DNA from: a virus
Lineage: Duplodnaviria > Caudoviricetes
Length of the DNA: 43,807 bases
IMG/VR virus record: IMGVR_UViG_3300033146_001939
Coordinates: 1-43,807 of that record
Reading direction: 5' to 3' (one strand)
How positions within the stretch are numbered: position 1 is the stretch's first letter; every line of letters begins with the position of its first letter. The position numbers and the translations under genes are program-made. The notes under the pieces were generated by a model. It was not told the DNA's origin and ran no database searches. It saw only the letters and a list, made by a program, of their open reading frames with translations. Shown here piece after piece: positions 1 through 8,500 of the stretch.

Positions 1-354
1 CTCAACATCTCTTTTGGCAGCATCGATATTATTTTCGTCCCATCCCGCTCCCATAAAAAGACCGTTTGTTGAGCCGTTGGCTGAGCGCATGAACATTTTG
101 TCCCCACCAGTTTCGGTCGCAAACGATATAGCAGTTCTGCCAAGGAAAATATTCGTTTTCGTGTATGCCCCAACTTCGTAATCAAGCCATGAATAGGTTT
201 CTGTTTTACCCTTGGAAGCTTTGGTTACTCTCATGCTCAATCCCAGACGTTTACTCCAAAAATCCATGAAAGTCTTAAGTGCTGGTGGGAGAACCGCTTC
301 GTCCAATCGACTTTCACCGGTCAGTGTATTTTTCGTTTTTGTGATATTTGACAT
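1..354 (-). CDS. hypothetical protein, 3'-truncated by window edge (MSNITKTKNTLTGESRLDEAVLPP...)
   Basis: Not in ORF track. ATG at 354 with GGAG SD upstream, frame open to position 1, preceded by TATAAATA late promoter at 390-397. Confidence 0.7.
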   Translation of the reverse strand, partial: MSNITKTKNTLTGESRLDEAVLPPALKTFMDFWSKRLGLSMRVTKASKGKTETYSWLDYEVGAYTKTNIFLGRTAISFATETGGDKMFMRSANGSTNGLFMGAGWDENNIDAAKRDVE

Positions 355-389
355 ATTAGCTCCAAAAATTAAAAGACATATTATTAAAT

Positions 390-397
390 TATTTATA
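390..397 (-). promoter_or_regulatory. T4-type late promoter TATAAATA
   Basis: Exact TATAAATA on the minus strand, intergenic, just downstream of a terminator and upstream of ORF 1..354. Confidence 0.75.
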
Positions 398-402
398 AAA
401 CT

Positions 403-427
403 AAAAAAAGCCCGGTTAAGGGCTTTC
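403..427 (-). terminator. Rho-independent terminator
   Basis: Minus strand AAAGCCC-TTAACC-GGGCTTT followed by a T run, right after the stop of 432..770. Confidence 0.75.
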
Positions 428-431
428 TTCA

Positions 432-770
432 TTAGAAATTATAATCGTAGAATTTACAGGGTGAAAGACTTAGATGATATTTAAATCCATGTTTGTCTTT
501 CCAGCGGCCATATTTATCCAACCGGATTGCCACCTCTGGATTACTTTCAACCGAGGCGTAAGTGTAACTTTGTGCATAATTGTTATTACAGTGGCCAACG
601 AAACCACCGATGGTTGTATCACATTTGAAATTTGGATCAAGTTCAGCATCCATACCACGAACGATGAGTTTACGAGCAGTCCGTTTTTCAAGGATTTCAA
701 ATGGAGCAACATCAGTCCAACCATGTTGATTTGCGTGTGTTGCTTCTTCGATCGTAATTTCCTTAGCCAT
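432..770 (-). CDS. hypothetical phage protein (112 aa)
   Basis: AGGAG SD, flanked by promoter(s) and a terminator; no recognised family. Confidence 0.75.
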   Translation of the reverse strand: MAKEITIEEATHANQHGWTDVAPFEILEKRTARKLIVRGMDAELDPNFKCDTTIGGFVGHCNNNYAQSYTYASVESNPEVAIRLDKYGRWKDKHGFKYHLSLSPCKFYDYNF

Positions 771-787
771 AATTAATCTCCTTTGGT

Positions 788-829
788 TATTTATAGTGAC
801 ATTTTATACTATTTCACTAAAAATGTAAA
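788..829 (-). promoter_or_regulatory. tandem sigma70-type (TTTACA-N17-TAAAAT, 829-801) and late (TATAAATA, 795-788) promoters
   Basis: Both motifs read directly in the intergenic region upstream of 432..770. Confidence 0.6.
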
Positions 830-834
830 GGATA

Positions 835-1065
835 TTATGCAGTTAATGGGGCTTTTTTATCATGTTGCCATTTATTTTTTCTGAATTGCTCAACATCTAA
901 GTTGCGGTCTGGCATAATTACAGACTTATAACGAGCAATTTCATTTATGCTATCGCGGTTGGTTCTTTCCCGGAAAAACTTCCGAGCTTTATCTTCACCC
1001 ATTTCGTTAATAGCGTCAGTTATCAATTGGTTTCTAATCCCAATAAACTTTTCTTCTCTGGTCAT
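835..1065 (-). CDS. hypothetical protein (76 aa)
   Basis: ATG overlaps the TAA of the CCA gene (TAATG coupling); AGGAG SD. Confidence 0.7.
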   Translation of the reverse strand: MTREEKFIGIRNQLITDAINEMGEDKARKFFRERTNRDSINEIARYKSVIMPDRNLDVEQFRKNKWQHDKKAPLTA

Positions 1066-2282
1066 TACAGACTCCTTAAAAAGTGTTTTATGTTAGATAC
1101 TCTTATTTGATGCGCTTTTTCTTTTCTTCGTTTTGGGGGAACAGTGGCTAATTCCTCAAAATTAGTATTATTCAACACCTGCTCCAAAATGTCAAATATT
1201 TTTTCTTCTTTTTCCGAGAATGGGTGATCTGACTGAAAAACCAGTTTCATGTCTTGGAAATCTCTTTTCCCAATATCAACAATGAATTTGGCCAGTTTTC
1301 TGGGTTTCATTTCTTCAACTCGATGCCCTTTCATATGTAATTTTGCTGCTTTAGGTACGAATTCTTTTACTCTTTTACTGAATCTATGATTCTCCAAGAA
1401 ATCAGTAGCAATTTTTTCTGAGCGGTCTTCATGCCCGAAATGTTGAGGCAACAATTCTTTCTCAGTAAATGCTTTCCCAAAATCATGAAATACCATAGCC
1501 ATGAAAACATGAAACGGAGCGTCTAATTCTTTCGCCCGATCTATTGTTTTCATGGTGTGGTCGAATGCAGTGTCCGACCCGTGAAATTTTAATGGGCCTC
1601 CTGGGACTTTGTTGAGTTTTGAGAATTCTGGGAAGATTTCGTCGATGATCCCGAGTTCGTTTGCTTTCCTAAAAAATATTGATGGTTTTCTAGATTGTTT
1701 CCAAACTTTGTTAAGTTCCAATACGACTCGCTCTTTCGTGACATGCTTCAACTCTCCTTTGAATTTATCCGCCTGTAAACGAGTATTTAAATCCAAATCA
1801 AAATTAAATCTTGATGCGAATCTTAATGCCCGAAGTATGCGGACTGGGTCATCTTTAAATGAATTAGTATGAGTAACAACAATGCGGCCTTGATCTAAAT
1901 CCTCAAGTCCATTAAACGGATCAACAATTTCTTTCGTAACCACGTTAACAGCAACAGCGTTAAACGTAAAATCTCTTCTCAAGAGATCGTCCTCAATCGA
2001 AACACCCAGTCCAGTCAGTTCGAATGTTCCATAGCCTGAGCCAGTAGAACGTTCAGTTCTTGAAAGGGCAACTTCGTCACCATCAATTAAAAAAACCGGA
2101 AAGTCATTTCCTACAGTTTCAGCGTCCGTGAAGTGTGAGAGGAATTCCTCTTCCGACACGGTAACCACGTAGTCAATATCGTTTACCGGTTGATTTAAAT
2201 GAAGATCTCGGACCGCCCCACCAACAACGAATGTTTTATCGGCGAACGGAGAATCTAATATTTTTTTATTTATTGTAAGCAT
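1065..2282 (-). CDS. cca: class II tRNA nucleotidyltransferase (CCA-adding enzyme) with HD domain
   Basis: Motifs VGGAVRD, DIDY, DLLRRDFTFNA, DDPVRILRALRF, ERV..EL.K, and HD-domain FHDFGK/HFGHE. Start placed at ATG 2282 (MLTINKK) because the track's GTG at 2306 lies inside the promoter spacer. Confidence 0.9.
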   Translation of the reverse strand: MLTINKKILDSPFADKTFVVGGAVRDLHLNQPVNDIDYVVTVSEEEFLSHFTDAETVGNDFPVFLIDGDEVALSRTERSTGSGYGTFELTGLGVSIEDDLLRRDFTFNAVAVNVVTKEIVDPFNGLEDLDQGRIVVTHTNSFKDDPVRILRALRFASRFNFDLDLNTRLQADKFKGELKHVTKERVVLELNKVWKQSRKPSIFFRKANELGIIDEIFPEFSKLNKVPGGPLKFHGSDTAFDHTMKTIDRAKELDAPFHVFMAMVFHDFGKAFTEKELLPQHFGHEDRSEKIATDFLENHRFSKRVKEFVPKAAKLHMKGHRVEEMKPRKLAKFIVDIGKRDFQDMKLVFQSDHPFSEKEEKIFDILEQVLNNTNFEELATVPPKRRKEKAHQIRVSNIKHFLRSL

Positions 2283-2288
2283 GGATAC

Positions 2289-2317
2289 ATAATAACAAAT
2301 ATTCACCTGAATGTAAA
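2289..2317 (-). promoter_or_regulatory. sigma70-type promoter, extended -10 (TTTACA-N17-TATTAT, TG at -15/-14)
   Basis: Motif read directly; ATG 2282 follows the -10 box after 6 nt. Confidence 0.65.
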
Positions 2318-2320
2318 GGT

Positions 2321-2497
2321 TTATCTCCCATAAATAAATGCGGAATCATATTTTTCTCTCTCAGACCCTTTCATGTTAGCAGCAGAAATTTTATGATAAG
2401 TCACTTTATCCTTATTTGTGTAGAAATTAAGGACCTCATCATGCTTTTCATAGAAAATTAATAAATATTTTGGGGTAGGGGTTTTAATGACTTTCAT
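2321..2497 (-). CDS. small hypothetical protein (58 aa, MKVIKTPTPKYLLIFYEKHDE...)
   Basis: Below the ORF-track cutoff; strong AAGGAG SD; fills the intergenic gap. Confidence 0.65.
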   Translation of the reverse strand: MKVIKTPTPKYLLIFYEKHDEVLNFYTNKDKVTYHKISAANMKGSEREKYDSAFIYGR

Positions 2498-2537
2498 TTT
2501 TTCTCCTTTTTAACTTAAACTCAGTTTTATTTATTAA

Positions 2538-2545
2538 TATAAATA
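2538..2545 (+). promoter_or_regulatory. T4-type late promoter TATAAATA for the plus-strand fibre gene
   Basis: Exact motif about 60 nt upstream of ATG 2608. Confidence 0.75.
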
Positions 2546-2548
2546 ATC

Positions 2549-2580
2549 TCATAATAAATTTATGCATAAATTTATGATGA
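2549..2580. repeat. near-perfect 32-bp inverted repeat with perfect 22-bp palindromic core ATAAATTTATGCATAAATTTAT
   Basis: 2554-2575 is self-complementary, extended by TCAT/ATGA after one mismatch. Confidence 0.8.
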
Positions 2581-2607
2581 TTTTAACTTTCATGAAAGGA
2601 AATTAAC

Positions 2608-4869
2608 ATGTCTTTAAAGTATTATGATGTAAATAGCGAAACGCTAGACAATCGTTTTGCTGGTTTTACACATGGACACGCTATAGAAGCTATCACGAAC
2701 CTTCGAGCTGAATTGGACGCAACTCAGTCAGGGCTTTCTAGCACGTCAGATATTCAATTTAACAACGCAACAGTTTTTGGAGATATTATTCCAGACGCAA
2801 CAAACACGACTGGAACAATCGGATCTGCTGCTAATCCTTGGAGTACAGCTTGGATAGATGAACTCCACCTAGCTAATAACACTCTTTACTTGGGCGACAC
2901 TCCAGTTCTTGGAACAGATTCTAATGTTGTTGAGGTTAAGGCTGACAGCGATCAAGGGATCACTATTAAGACTACTGGTACTGGTGAAACTAAAATGATT
3001 TCTCAGAACGGTATTGAGATTTCCAACTCTGGTTTGAACGGCCAAATCGCTATTCAATCTACGGGAGCTGGTGGTCAAGTATCTTTCGGAGCAACTCAAC
3101 AACTAAATTTCACTGCTCCAGATACTAACGTTTCTGGTGATCTTAATGTCACGGGTGGAGCTCAATTCAATGCTGCTACTTTCACTGGCGACGTTGTTTT
3201 CCAGGGTGATAACATCACAATGGATACTACGAACTTTGTTGCTGAAGATAACAGAATCACTCTTAACTCTGGTGAACAAGGTGATGGGGTTACTGCTGGT
3301 TTTGCTGGATTCCAAATTGATCGTGGTAACTTAAATGATTGGCATTTTGTTTTTAACGAGTTTAATGACGAATTTCAATTTGGTCCAATCGGTGGAACAC
3401 AGCAAATCGTTGTAAGTAAAACATTCGTTGAGACTGGCTTAAATGCTAAACTTGATGCTGCTGTTTTCAATAACACATATACTGCCGCTGATATATTAGC
3501 AAAACTTAAAACAGTTGACGGAGTAAACTCTGGACTTGATGCTGATACTGTTGCTGGATACACTGCTGCTGAATTAACACAAACTGCTGCTGAGATTTTT
3601 GATGCTGTACTTTCTTTAGATGGTCCAGGCACACTTCTTAATGCAGACCTTCTTGATGGCTTTGAAGCTGCATATTTTGCTCCAGGTGCAACCACTTATA
3701 ATAAGACAGAAGTTGACACTGCTGTTAATGTTAAACTTGATGCAAGCGCATATACTGCTGCTGATGTTTTAGCAAAAATTAAAACTGTTGATGGCGCTGG
3801 TTCAGGACTTGATGCTGACACACTTGATGCACATTCTTCAAGTTATTTTGCTCCACAAGCCACAACTTATAATAAGACTGAAGTTGATGCTGCTATTAAT
3901 AACGTTATTGATTCTGCTCCCGGAGCATTAAATACGTTAAATGAACTTGCTGCTGCTCTTGGGGATGATCCTAACTTCGCAACAACAGTCACAAATAATA
4001 TTGCTACTAAATTGCCTACTTCAGCATATACTGCTGCTGATGTTTTGGCAAAAATTAAAACTGTTGATGGTCCAGGGTCTGGATTAAACGCTGACTATCT
4101 GGATAGTCATTCAGCTAGTTACTTTGCTGTCGCTAGTTCAACATACACTGAGTCAGAAGTTAATAACCTTTTATCTAATAAATTAAATGCTTCTTCTTAT
4201 ACCGCTGCAGATGTATTAGCAAAAATTAAAACTGTTGATGGTCCAGGGTCTGGTCTTGATGCTGACACACTTGATGGTCACACAACAACATATTTCTCGA
4301 TCGCTGGTCATGCTCATGATACTCGCTATATGAGAAAAGATACCAACACTACTCATGCTGGTAATATTACGCCAACTTCCAACAATAGTAAATATCTTGG
4401 TTCAGCATCTTACAAATATAAAGGTGTTTACGCTACTACATTTTATGGCAACGCTACATCTGCTAACTATGCTGACCTTGCGGAAAAATATACGATTAAA
4501 TCTAAAGAGGATATCGCTGCTGGTCAAATCGTAGTTATTAGCGATACTGATGAAGTTGATTGTATGATTTCTGAAGTTTATGGTTCACAAGGAGTTATCG
4601 GCGCTGTTTCAACTAATCCAGCGTTCCGTATGAACGAAGATCTTGAAGGTGGCGAATTTGTTGCTCTTAAAGGTCGTATTCCTTGTAGAGTTGTTGGAGC
4701 TGTTAAAAAAGGTGATCCTTTGGTTTCTGCTCCTAATGGCTGTGCTATTAGTATTAATCACCGTGATGTTCCAGGTGATATTAAATTTCTTCAAGGTATT
4801 ATTTTAGGAAAAGCGTTAGCTAGTTCTACTTCTGAAGACGTGAAGGAAATTGAAGTTATTATACTTTAA
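2608..4869 (+). CDS. tail fibre/appendage protein with internal repeats and a C-terminal Peptidase_G2-type intramolecular chaperone
   Basis: 4-5 YTAADVLAKIKTVDGxGSGLDADxLD repeats; P2 gpH-like APGALNTLNELAAALGDDPNFATT; HxH motifs; C-terminal YADLAE...GAVSTNPA...VALKGRIPCRV..KGD..LGKAL; AAGGA SD. Confidence 0.85.
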   Translation: MSLKYYDVNSETLDNRFAGFTHGHAIEAITNLRAELDATQSGLSSTSDIQFNNATVFGDIIPDATNTTGTIGSAANPWSTAWIDELHLANNTLYLGDTPVLGTDSNVVEVKADSDQGITIKTTGTGETKMISQNGIEISNSGLNGQIAIQSTGAGGQVSFGATQQLNFTAPDTNVSGDLNVTGGAQFNAATFTGDVVFQGDNITMDTTNFVAEDNRITLNSGEQGDGVTAGFAGFQIDRGNLNDWHFVFNEFNDEFQFGPIGGTQQIVVSKTFVETGLNAKLDAAVFNNTYTAADILAKLKTVDGVNSGLDADTVAGYTAAELTQTAAEIFDAVLSLDGPGTLLNADLLDGFEAAYFAPGATTYNKTEVDTAVNVKLDASAYTAADVLAKIKTVDGAGSGLDADTLDAHSSSYFAPQATTYNKTEVDAAINNVIDSAPGALNTLNELAAALGDDPNFATTVTNNIATKLPTSAYTAADVLAKIKTVDGPGSGLNADYLDSHSASYFAVASSTYTESEVNNLLSNKLNASSYTAADVLAKIKTVDGPGSGLDADTLDGHTTTYFSIAGHAHDTRYMRKDTNTTHAGNITPTSNNSKYLGSASYKYKGVYATTFYGNATSANYADLAEKYTIKSKEDIAAGQIVVISDTDEVDCMISEVYGSQGVIGAVSTNPAFRMNEDLEGGEFVALKGRIPCRVVGAVKKGDPLVSAPNGCAISINHRDVPGDIKFLQGIILGKALASSTSEDVKEIEVIIL
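3478..4275 (+). repeat. dispersed intragenic repeat, 4 good copies (~3478, 3751, 4027, 4198)
   Basis: Near-identical tatactgctgctgatgttttagcaaaaattaaaactgttgatgg units encoding the fibre repeat. Confidence 0.8.
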
Positions 4870-4888
4870 TTAATTTCATTCTAAATCT

Positions 4889-4925
4889 AAAAAGGCCTCT
4901 CAATTAATTTTGGGAGGCCTTTTTT
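4889..4925. terminator. bidirectional Rho-independent terminator
   Basis: AAAAAGGCCTCTCA-loop-TGGGAGGCCTTTTT with A run before and T run after, between convergent transcription units. Confidence 0.85.
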
Positions 4926-4952
4926 GTTTATTAAAATGTTTTATTAAAAGAC

Positions 4953-4981
4953 TTGACAAAACCTTTTAGTTATGTTATATT
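4953..4981 (+). promoter_or_regulatory. orphan sigma70-type promoter TTGACA-N17-TATATT (TG extended -10), antisense to gp5
   Basis: Near-consensus motif with no credible sense gene downstream. Confidence 0.6.
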
Positions 4982-5050
4982 AATCTTGGTTGCCCTTTAA
5001 AAAGCGATATGTGTGAGGAATACATTCTTTAATCAGAACATTATGTTATT

Positions 5051-5683
5051 TTAATTTAGAAATATAATTGGTGCTTGAAGGTGCATTACACCACCAGAAA
5101 TTATATCAGTTGTTCCACCAATATTTTTCTTCCAATAAGCACCAACTTGTTCTTGTTCATATTGACCTATTTTTCTTTTTTCATATCCACCAACTTTATC
5201 TGTTTTATTCTTATCGATATTTTCATTCTCATCTAGATAAATATGAACATTATGATTTTTATGAATATGCTCATTATGATCTTTAGAAACTTCAGAATCT
5301 TTTACTCCATTAACGAAGGTTTTCTGATCAGTTTCAACTTTAATAGTCATTAATTCTGGTTCAATATTCGTGTAAGTCCCATTAGGATGAAGAATATAAA
5401 TTCTCTCATTTCCAGCAGTTTCATCTACTAAAATAACATGTCCAGCATGAGTCTCAGTAACAACACGAACCTTGCCATATTTTCCAGCTTCTAGCTGAGG
5501 TTTAATATCTTTCTCGTTGACGTCACCTCCCGCTGAATTGTAAACGATCAAACTATCAGGGACTACTTGTCCTACTGATTTGCCGGGAGTGCGTGCTTCC
5601 TTACCTTCTTCTACGGGTATGAGCTGTTGTTGATAACGACTTGTGAAAGATTCTTTCTCTATTTTTTCTAAAAAGTCTGGCAT
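5051..5683 (-). CDS. baseplate central spike, gp5 C-terminal beta-helix part
   Basis: ETHAGHVILVDETAGNERIYILHPNGTY resembles T4 gp5 ETESGH..EFDDTPG.ER...HP.GTY; 8-residue beta-helix repeats; AAGGA SD. Confidence 0.85.
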   Translation of the reverse strand: MPDFLEKIEKESFTSRYQQQLIPVEEGKEARTPGKSVGQVVPDSLIVYNSAGGDVNEKDIKPQLEAGKYGKVRVVTETHAGHVILVDETAGNERIYILHPNGTYTNIEPELMTIKVETDQKTFVNGVKDSEVSKDHNEHIHKNHNVHIYLDENENIDKNKTDKVGGYEKRKIGQYEQEQVGAYWKKNIGGTTDIISGGVMHLQAPIIFLN

Positions 5684-5684
5684 A

Positions 5685-5990
5685 TTAAGATCCTTTAAGG
5701 CTACGTACCCATCCTAGCCAGATAATCCACATTGGATTTTTTCTGTCAGGGAATTGTACATAAAGATAATCGTCCTTATCTGGAATATCACCAGAAGAAT
5801 ATTTACTAAAAGCTAATCGGTCTGCCCAGATAGCATTTTTTAAACTAGTGTCAGACATATCATGAATGCCCATTACTCTAACAAGCACGCGCTCCATAGC
5901 TTTTGGATCATTATTATCAACCACCAAAGCAATATGAATACCACGTAAATCTACGTCTGATCCATAAGGATTAAAATCTTTTCCGTTCAT
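5685..5990 (-). CDS. gp5 N-terminal OB-fold protein (stand-alone)
   Basis: ALVVDNNDPKAMERVLVRVMGIH matches the gp5/VgrG OB-fold pattern GVVEDR.DP..LGRVRVRV.G.H. Confidence 0.8.
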   Translation of the reverse strand: MNGKDFNPYGSDVDLRGIHIALVVDNNDPKAMERVLVRVMGIHDMSDTSLKNAIWADRLAFSKYSSGDIPDKDDYLYVQFPDRKNPMWIIWLGWVRSLKGS

Positions 5991-5991
5991 T

Positions 5992-7221
5992 TTACCATTT
6001 TCCTATATCACCGCGTTTCATCATCCCAAAACTATCAGAAGTAAGCGTGATTGCTTGGTGATAAAATTCTTGTTTAAATATATGTCGGATATTTCTTACT
6101 AAATAATCACCCTCTAAAAATCTATGTAGAGTTTGGTCAGCTTTAGTATTAATACTTGGAAATTTAACCTCCGCAATCATTCCTGCTTCTCTATCAGTCG
6201 CTCCGTGAAGCAATACGTTAAACTTTACCATATCGCCAAAAACATTTATGTAATTATTATCACGAATCCCATCAACCCAGTTCTCAAATTCCTTTTTACT
6301 ATTTATTTTTTTCTGTTGATGAAAAGGGCCATAAGTTTTTCTTACACTCTTAAATTCTTTCGTTTGGTGCTCAGCTTTTAATGGAACCGATAACGCTAAG
6401 TGTTTACAAGCAGCGTCTTTAGCAGATTTATCACTCGTGTAAATCTCTGTTCTATCATAATTAAAACTCAGATAATCTGTTTGCCAGACACCTTGGTTTA
6501 AATATCTCATAGAATTAAAATAAGATTCCATCTGAATTTTCTGAGCTCGACCCTCAAAAACCATGTTCTGCGGATTAAGCATGATCTTCGATTTATGCTT
6601 ACCCCAGTTCTCATCATGTAAAAAATCTAAAGTCAGAGCGTATGTGATGCCCCCACCATTTAGATTCTCATAAATTTGATATGCATATAAACCGCTATCA
6701 TGACCCCAGTCTAAAATATATTTAATTAGATGCGCGACGGTCCAATAGGGAGTGACAAATCTTTCAATTATTGTGCTTGGTGGATCAAATGCACCAGCAA
6801 AGCTCCCACCACATTCTCCCCCGATTAAATCAGTTAAGATATCCTCAAATGTCACATCTTTATATGATTTTGACACTGTCTTAGTTATAGCTTTGAACCA
6901 CCAAGGAGTACAGAATCTAAGCGTGGTCATTGGCATAGTATTCTCTTCAGTGTACATGCTATTATCGGCATCAGTTAAAATACCATCATAAATTAATGGC
7001 TTAGTGCCAGCCGCTTTAGTGATGAATTCTAATTGAATTTTATCACCTGGTAGAAGTTCATGTAGCTCAAGGAGACCTTCTCTATCTTTTAGCGTAATTT
7101 CACCAGTTAAAGCTGGCACACCAATCCCCTCAAAAATACTAAGAATCTCTATATTACCAGAGTTAATAGTAAAACCGTTAATTTTAACTTTATTTAATAA
7201 AAAGTTACTAATATCGCTCAT
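5992..7221 (-). CDS. baseplate hub protein, gp27-like
   Basis: Size and position between gp53 and gp5; IFEGI..P.LTGEITLKD N-terminus and G.YLVRNIRH.F C-terminus are typical of hub proteins. Confidence 0.65.
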   Translation of the reverse strand: MSDISNFLLNKVKINGFTINSGNIEILSIFEGIGVPALTGEITLKDREGLLELHELLPGDKIQLEFITKAAGTKPLIYDGILTDADNSMYTEENTMPMTTLRFCTPWWFKAITKTVSKSYKDVTFEDILTDLIGGECGGSFAGAFDPPSTIIERFVTPYWTVAHLIKYILDWGHDSGLYAYQIYENLNGGGITYALTLDFLHDENWGKHKSKIMLNPQNMVFEGRAQKIQMESYFNSMRYLNQGVWQTDYLSFNYDRTEIYTSDKSAKDAACKHLALSVPLKAEHQTKEFKSVRKTYGPFHQQKKINSKKEFENWVDGIRDNNYINVFGDMVKFNVLLHGATDREAGMIAEVKFPSINTKADQTLHRFLEGDYLVRNIRHIFKQEFYHQAITLTSDSFGMMKRGDIGKW

Positions 7222-7745
7222 AATTGTTCAACACGTCTCATTCTTTGTTGTTCTTTCATTATTGCTTGGCGATAATCCCAAACAATATCAGCAATTGCTT
7301 CCTTCTTAGGGATATGAATCTCGCGCCGCTTCTCGTTTTCAAACTCAATTAGTTTATAATATACGTTCTGTGGGTATTTACCTTCTGCGGTTTCTAATTC
7401 TTTAGAATATTCTATAATCTGTTCTTCAGTTAATGGCATATCGAAAAATGGATTTCTTATATTATTAAATAAAGCAATTAACCACCAATATTCTATAGCA
7501 TCATAGAACTTAAAACTTATATTTTCTAAAAGTTCATTTGGTTGAATTTTATAAGTAGTAAAAGTAGAAAAATCACGCTTATAAGCATCAAGTATTTTAT
7601 ATTGCTCGAATAAATTCTTAACATTAACCTTAACTGGTTGTAAGTTTGAGAATTTTAACTTGTAATTTTCTGTAGAAAATCTTTTTAGAAAACTAGATAA
7701 GTCAATCTTAAGATCTTTAAATTGTTCACTATAATCAAAATGCAT
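7218..7745 (-). CDS. baseplate wedge protein gp53-like (LysM-like)
   Basis: YKIQPNELLENISFKFYDAIEYWWLIALFNNIRNPFFDMPL matches the gp53 pattern. Confidence 0.85.
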   Translation of the reverse strand: MHFDYSEQFKDLKIDLSSFLKRFSTENYKLKFSNLQPVKVNVKNLFEQYKILDAYKRDFSTFTTYKIQPNELLENISFKFYDAIEYWWLIALFNNIRNPFFDMPLTEEQIIEYSKELETAEGKYPQNVYYKLIEFENEKRREIHIPKKEAIADIVWDYRQAIMKEQQRMRRVEQL

Positions 7746-7756
7746 TTTAGTACCCT

Positions 7757-8500
7757 TTATTGCTGATTAATAGCAGGTAAGATTGATTTAAAAGAAGCAG
7801 TAAGATTAGCTGTAATAGACATCCCGTTTTCGTAAAATAATGCCTCGTTAGCTCCTCCCCCGTAATTAACAGTGAAGTTTTCCAAAATCATAGCTTCATA
7901 AGAGAATAATTTCGTATCAGCGGATGAAATAGAACTAGTTCCAGCCCCTTTAGTATTAATATCGATATTAAATACCGGTGGGTACTTTAGATTGAATCTG
8001 TCGCCCGCAGAAATCACTGTTGGTTGAGAGTGCTTTCTTAATTCTTTTATTATATTTAGGCAAGTAGCTGATTCCCCAGCATTTTGAGGAACTAATAGCC
8101 AGTTAAAAGTGATTGAGTATCTCCCAACAGAATCAAGAATTAATAAGTTACTTGGATTTAAGAATTTTCCCTGTCCCATAGCTTTGTATTTATCCACAGC
8201 AGATACACCACCAGCATATTTTTTCATGACACCTTGAGCTATATCTCTGGCAGCACCAGATAAAATATCACCATTATCACCATCAGTTAAAGCTTCTTTA
8301 GCAGCAAGACTAACATCTTCAACCGCCCACGAAGAACCAACAGCATCACCAAAATTTGTTGGTACATAAAGATAGATGTCTTCGCCAGCTGAACCTTGTT
8401 TTGTCCATTGTTCTTTTCCAACATTAGCATTAGGCAATTTATAATTAAATGGCTGTAATAAAATGTGTGGATTACTTTTTACATTTTCCGGATATTCCAT
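7757..8500 (-). CDS. baseplate tail-tube cap gp48-like
   Basis: IYLYVP, NP...R..TFNWLLVPQN..ES..I...LRK...P, YP..F motifs; synteny. Confidence 0.75.
   Translation of the reverse strand: MEYPENVKSNPHILLQPFNYKLPNANVGKEQWTKQGSAGEDIYLYVPTNFGDAVGSSWAVEDVSLAAKEALTDGDNGDILSGAARDIAQGVMKKYAGGVSAVDKYKAMGQGKFLNPSNLLILDSVGRYSITFNWLLVPQNAGESATCLNIIKELRKHSQPTVISAGDRFNLKYPPVFNIDINTKGAGTSSISSADTKLFSYEAMILENFTVNYGGGANEALFYENGMSITANLTASFKSILPAINQQ

Noticed and set aside
2283-2306. GTG start for the CCA enzyme given by the ORF track
   Set aside because: The extension lies within a well-formed promoter (spacer and -10), so ATG 2282 is preferred.
5068-5286. 72-aa plus-strand ORF downstream of the orphan promoter (repEA/EB analogue?)
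   Set aside because: TTG start with no convincing SD, and its composition mirrors the antisense gp5 repeats. Not annotated as a gene, though not formally excluded.
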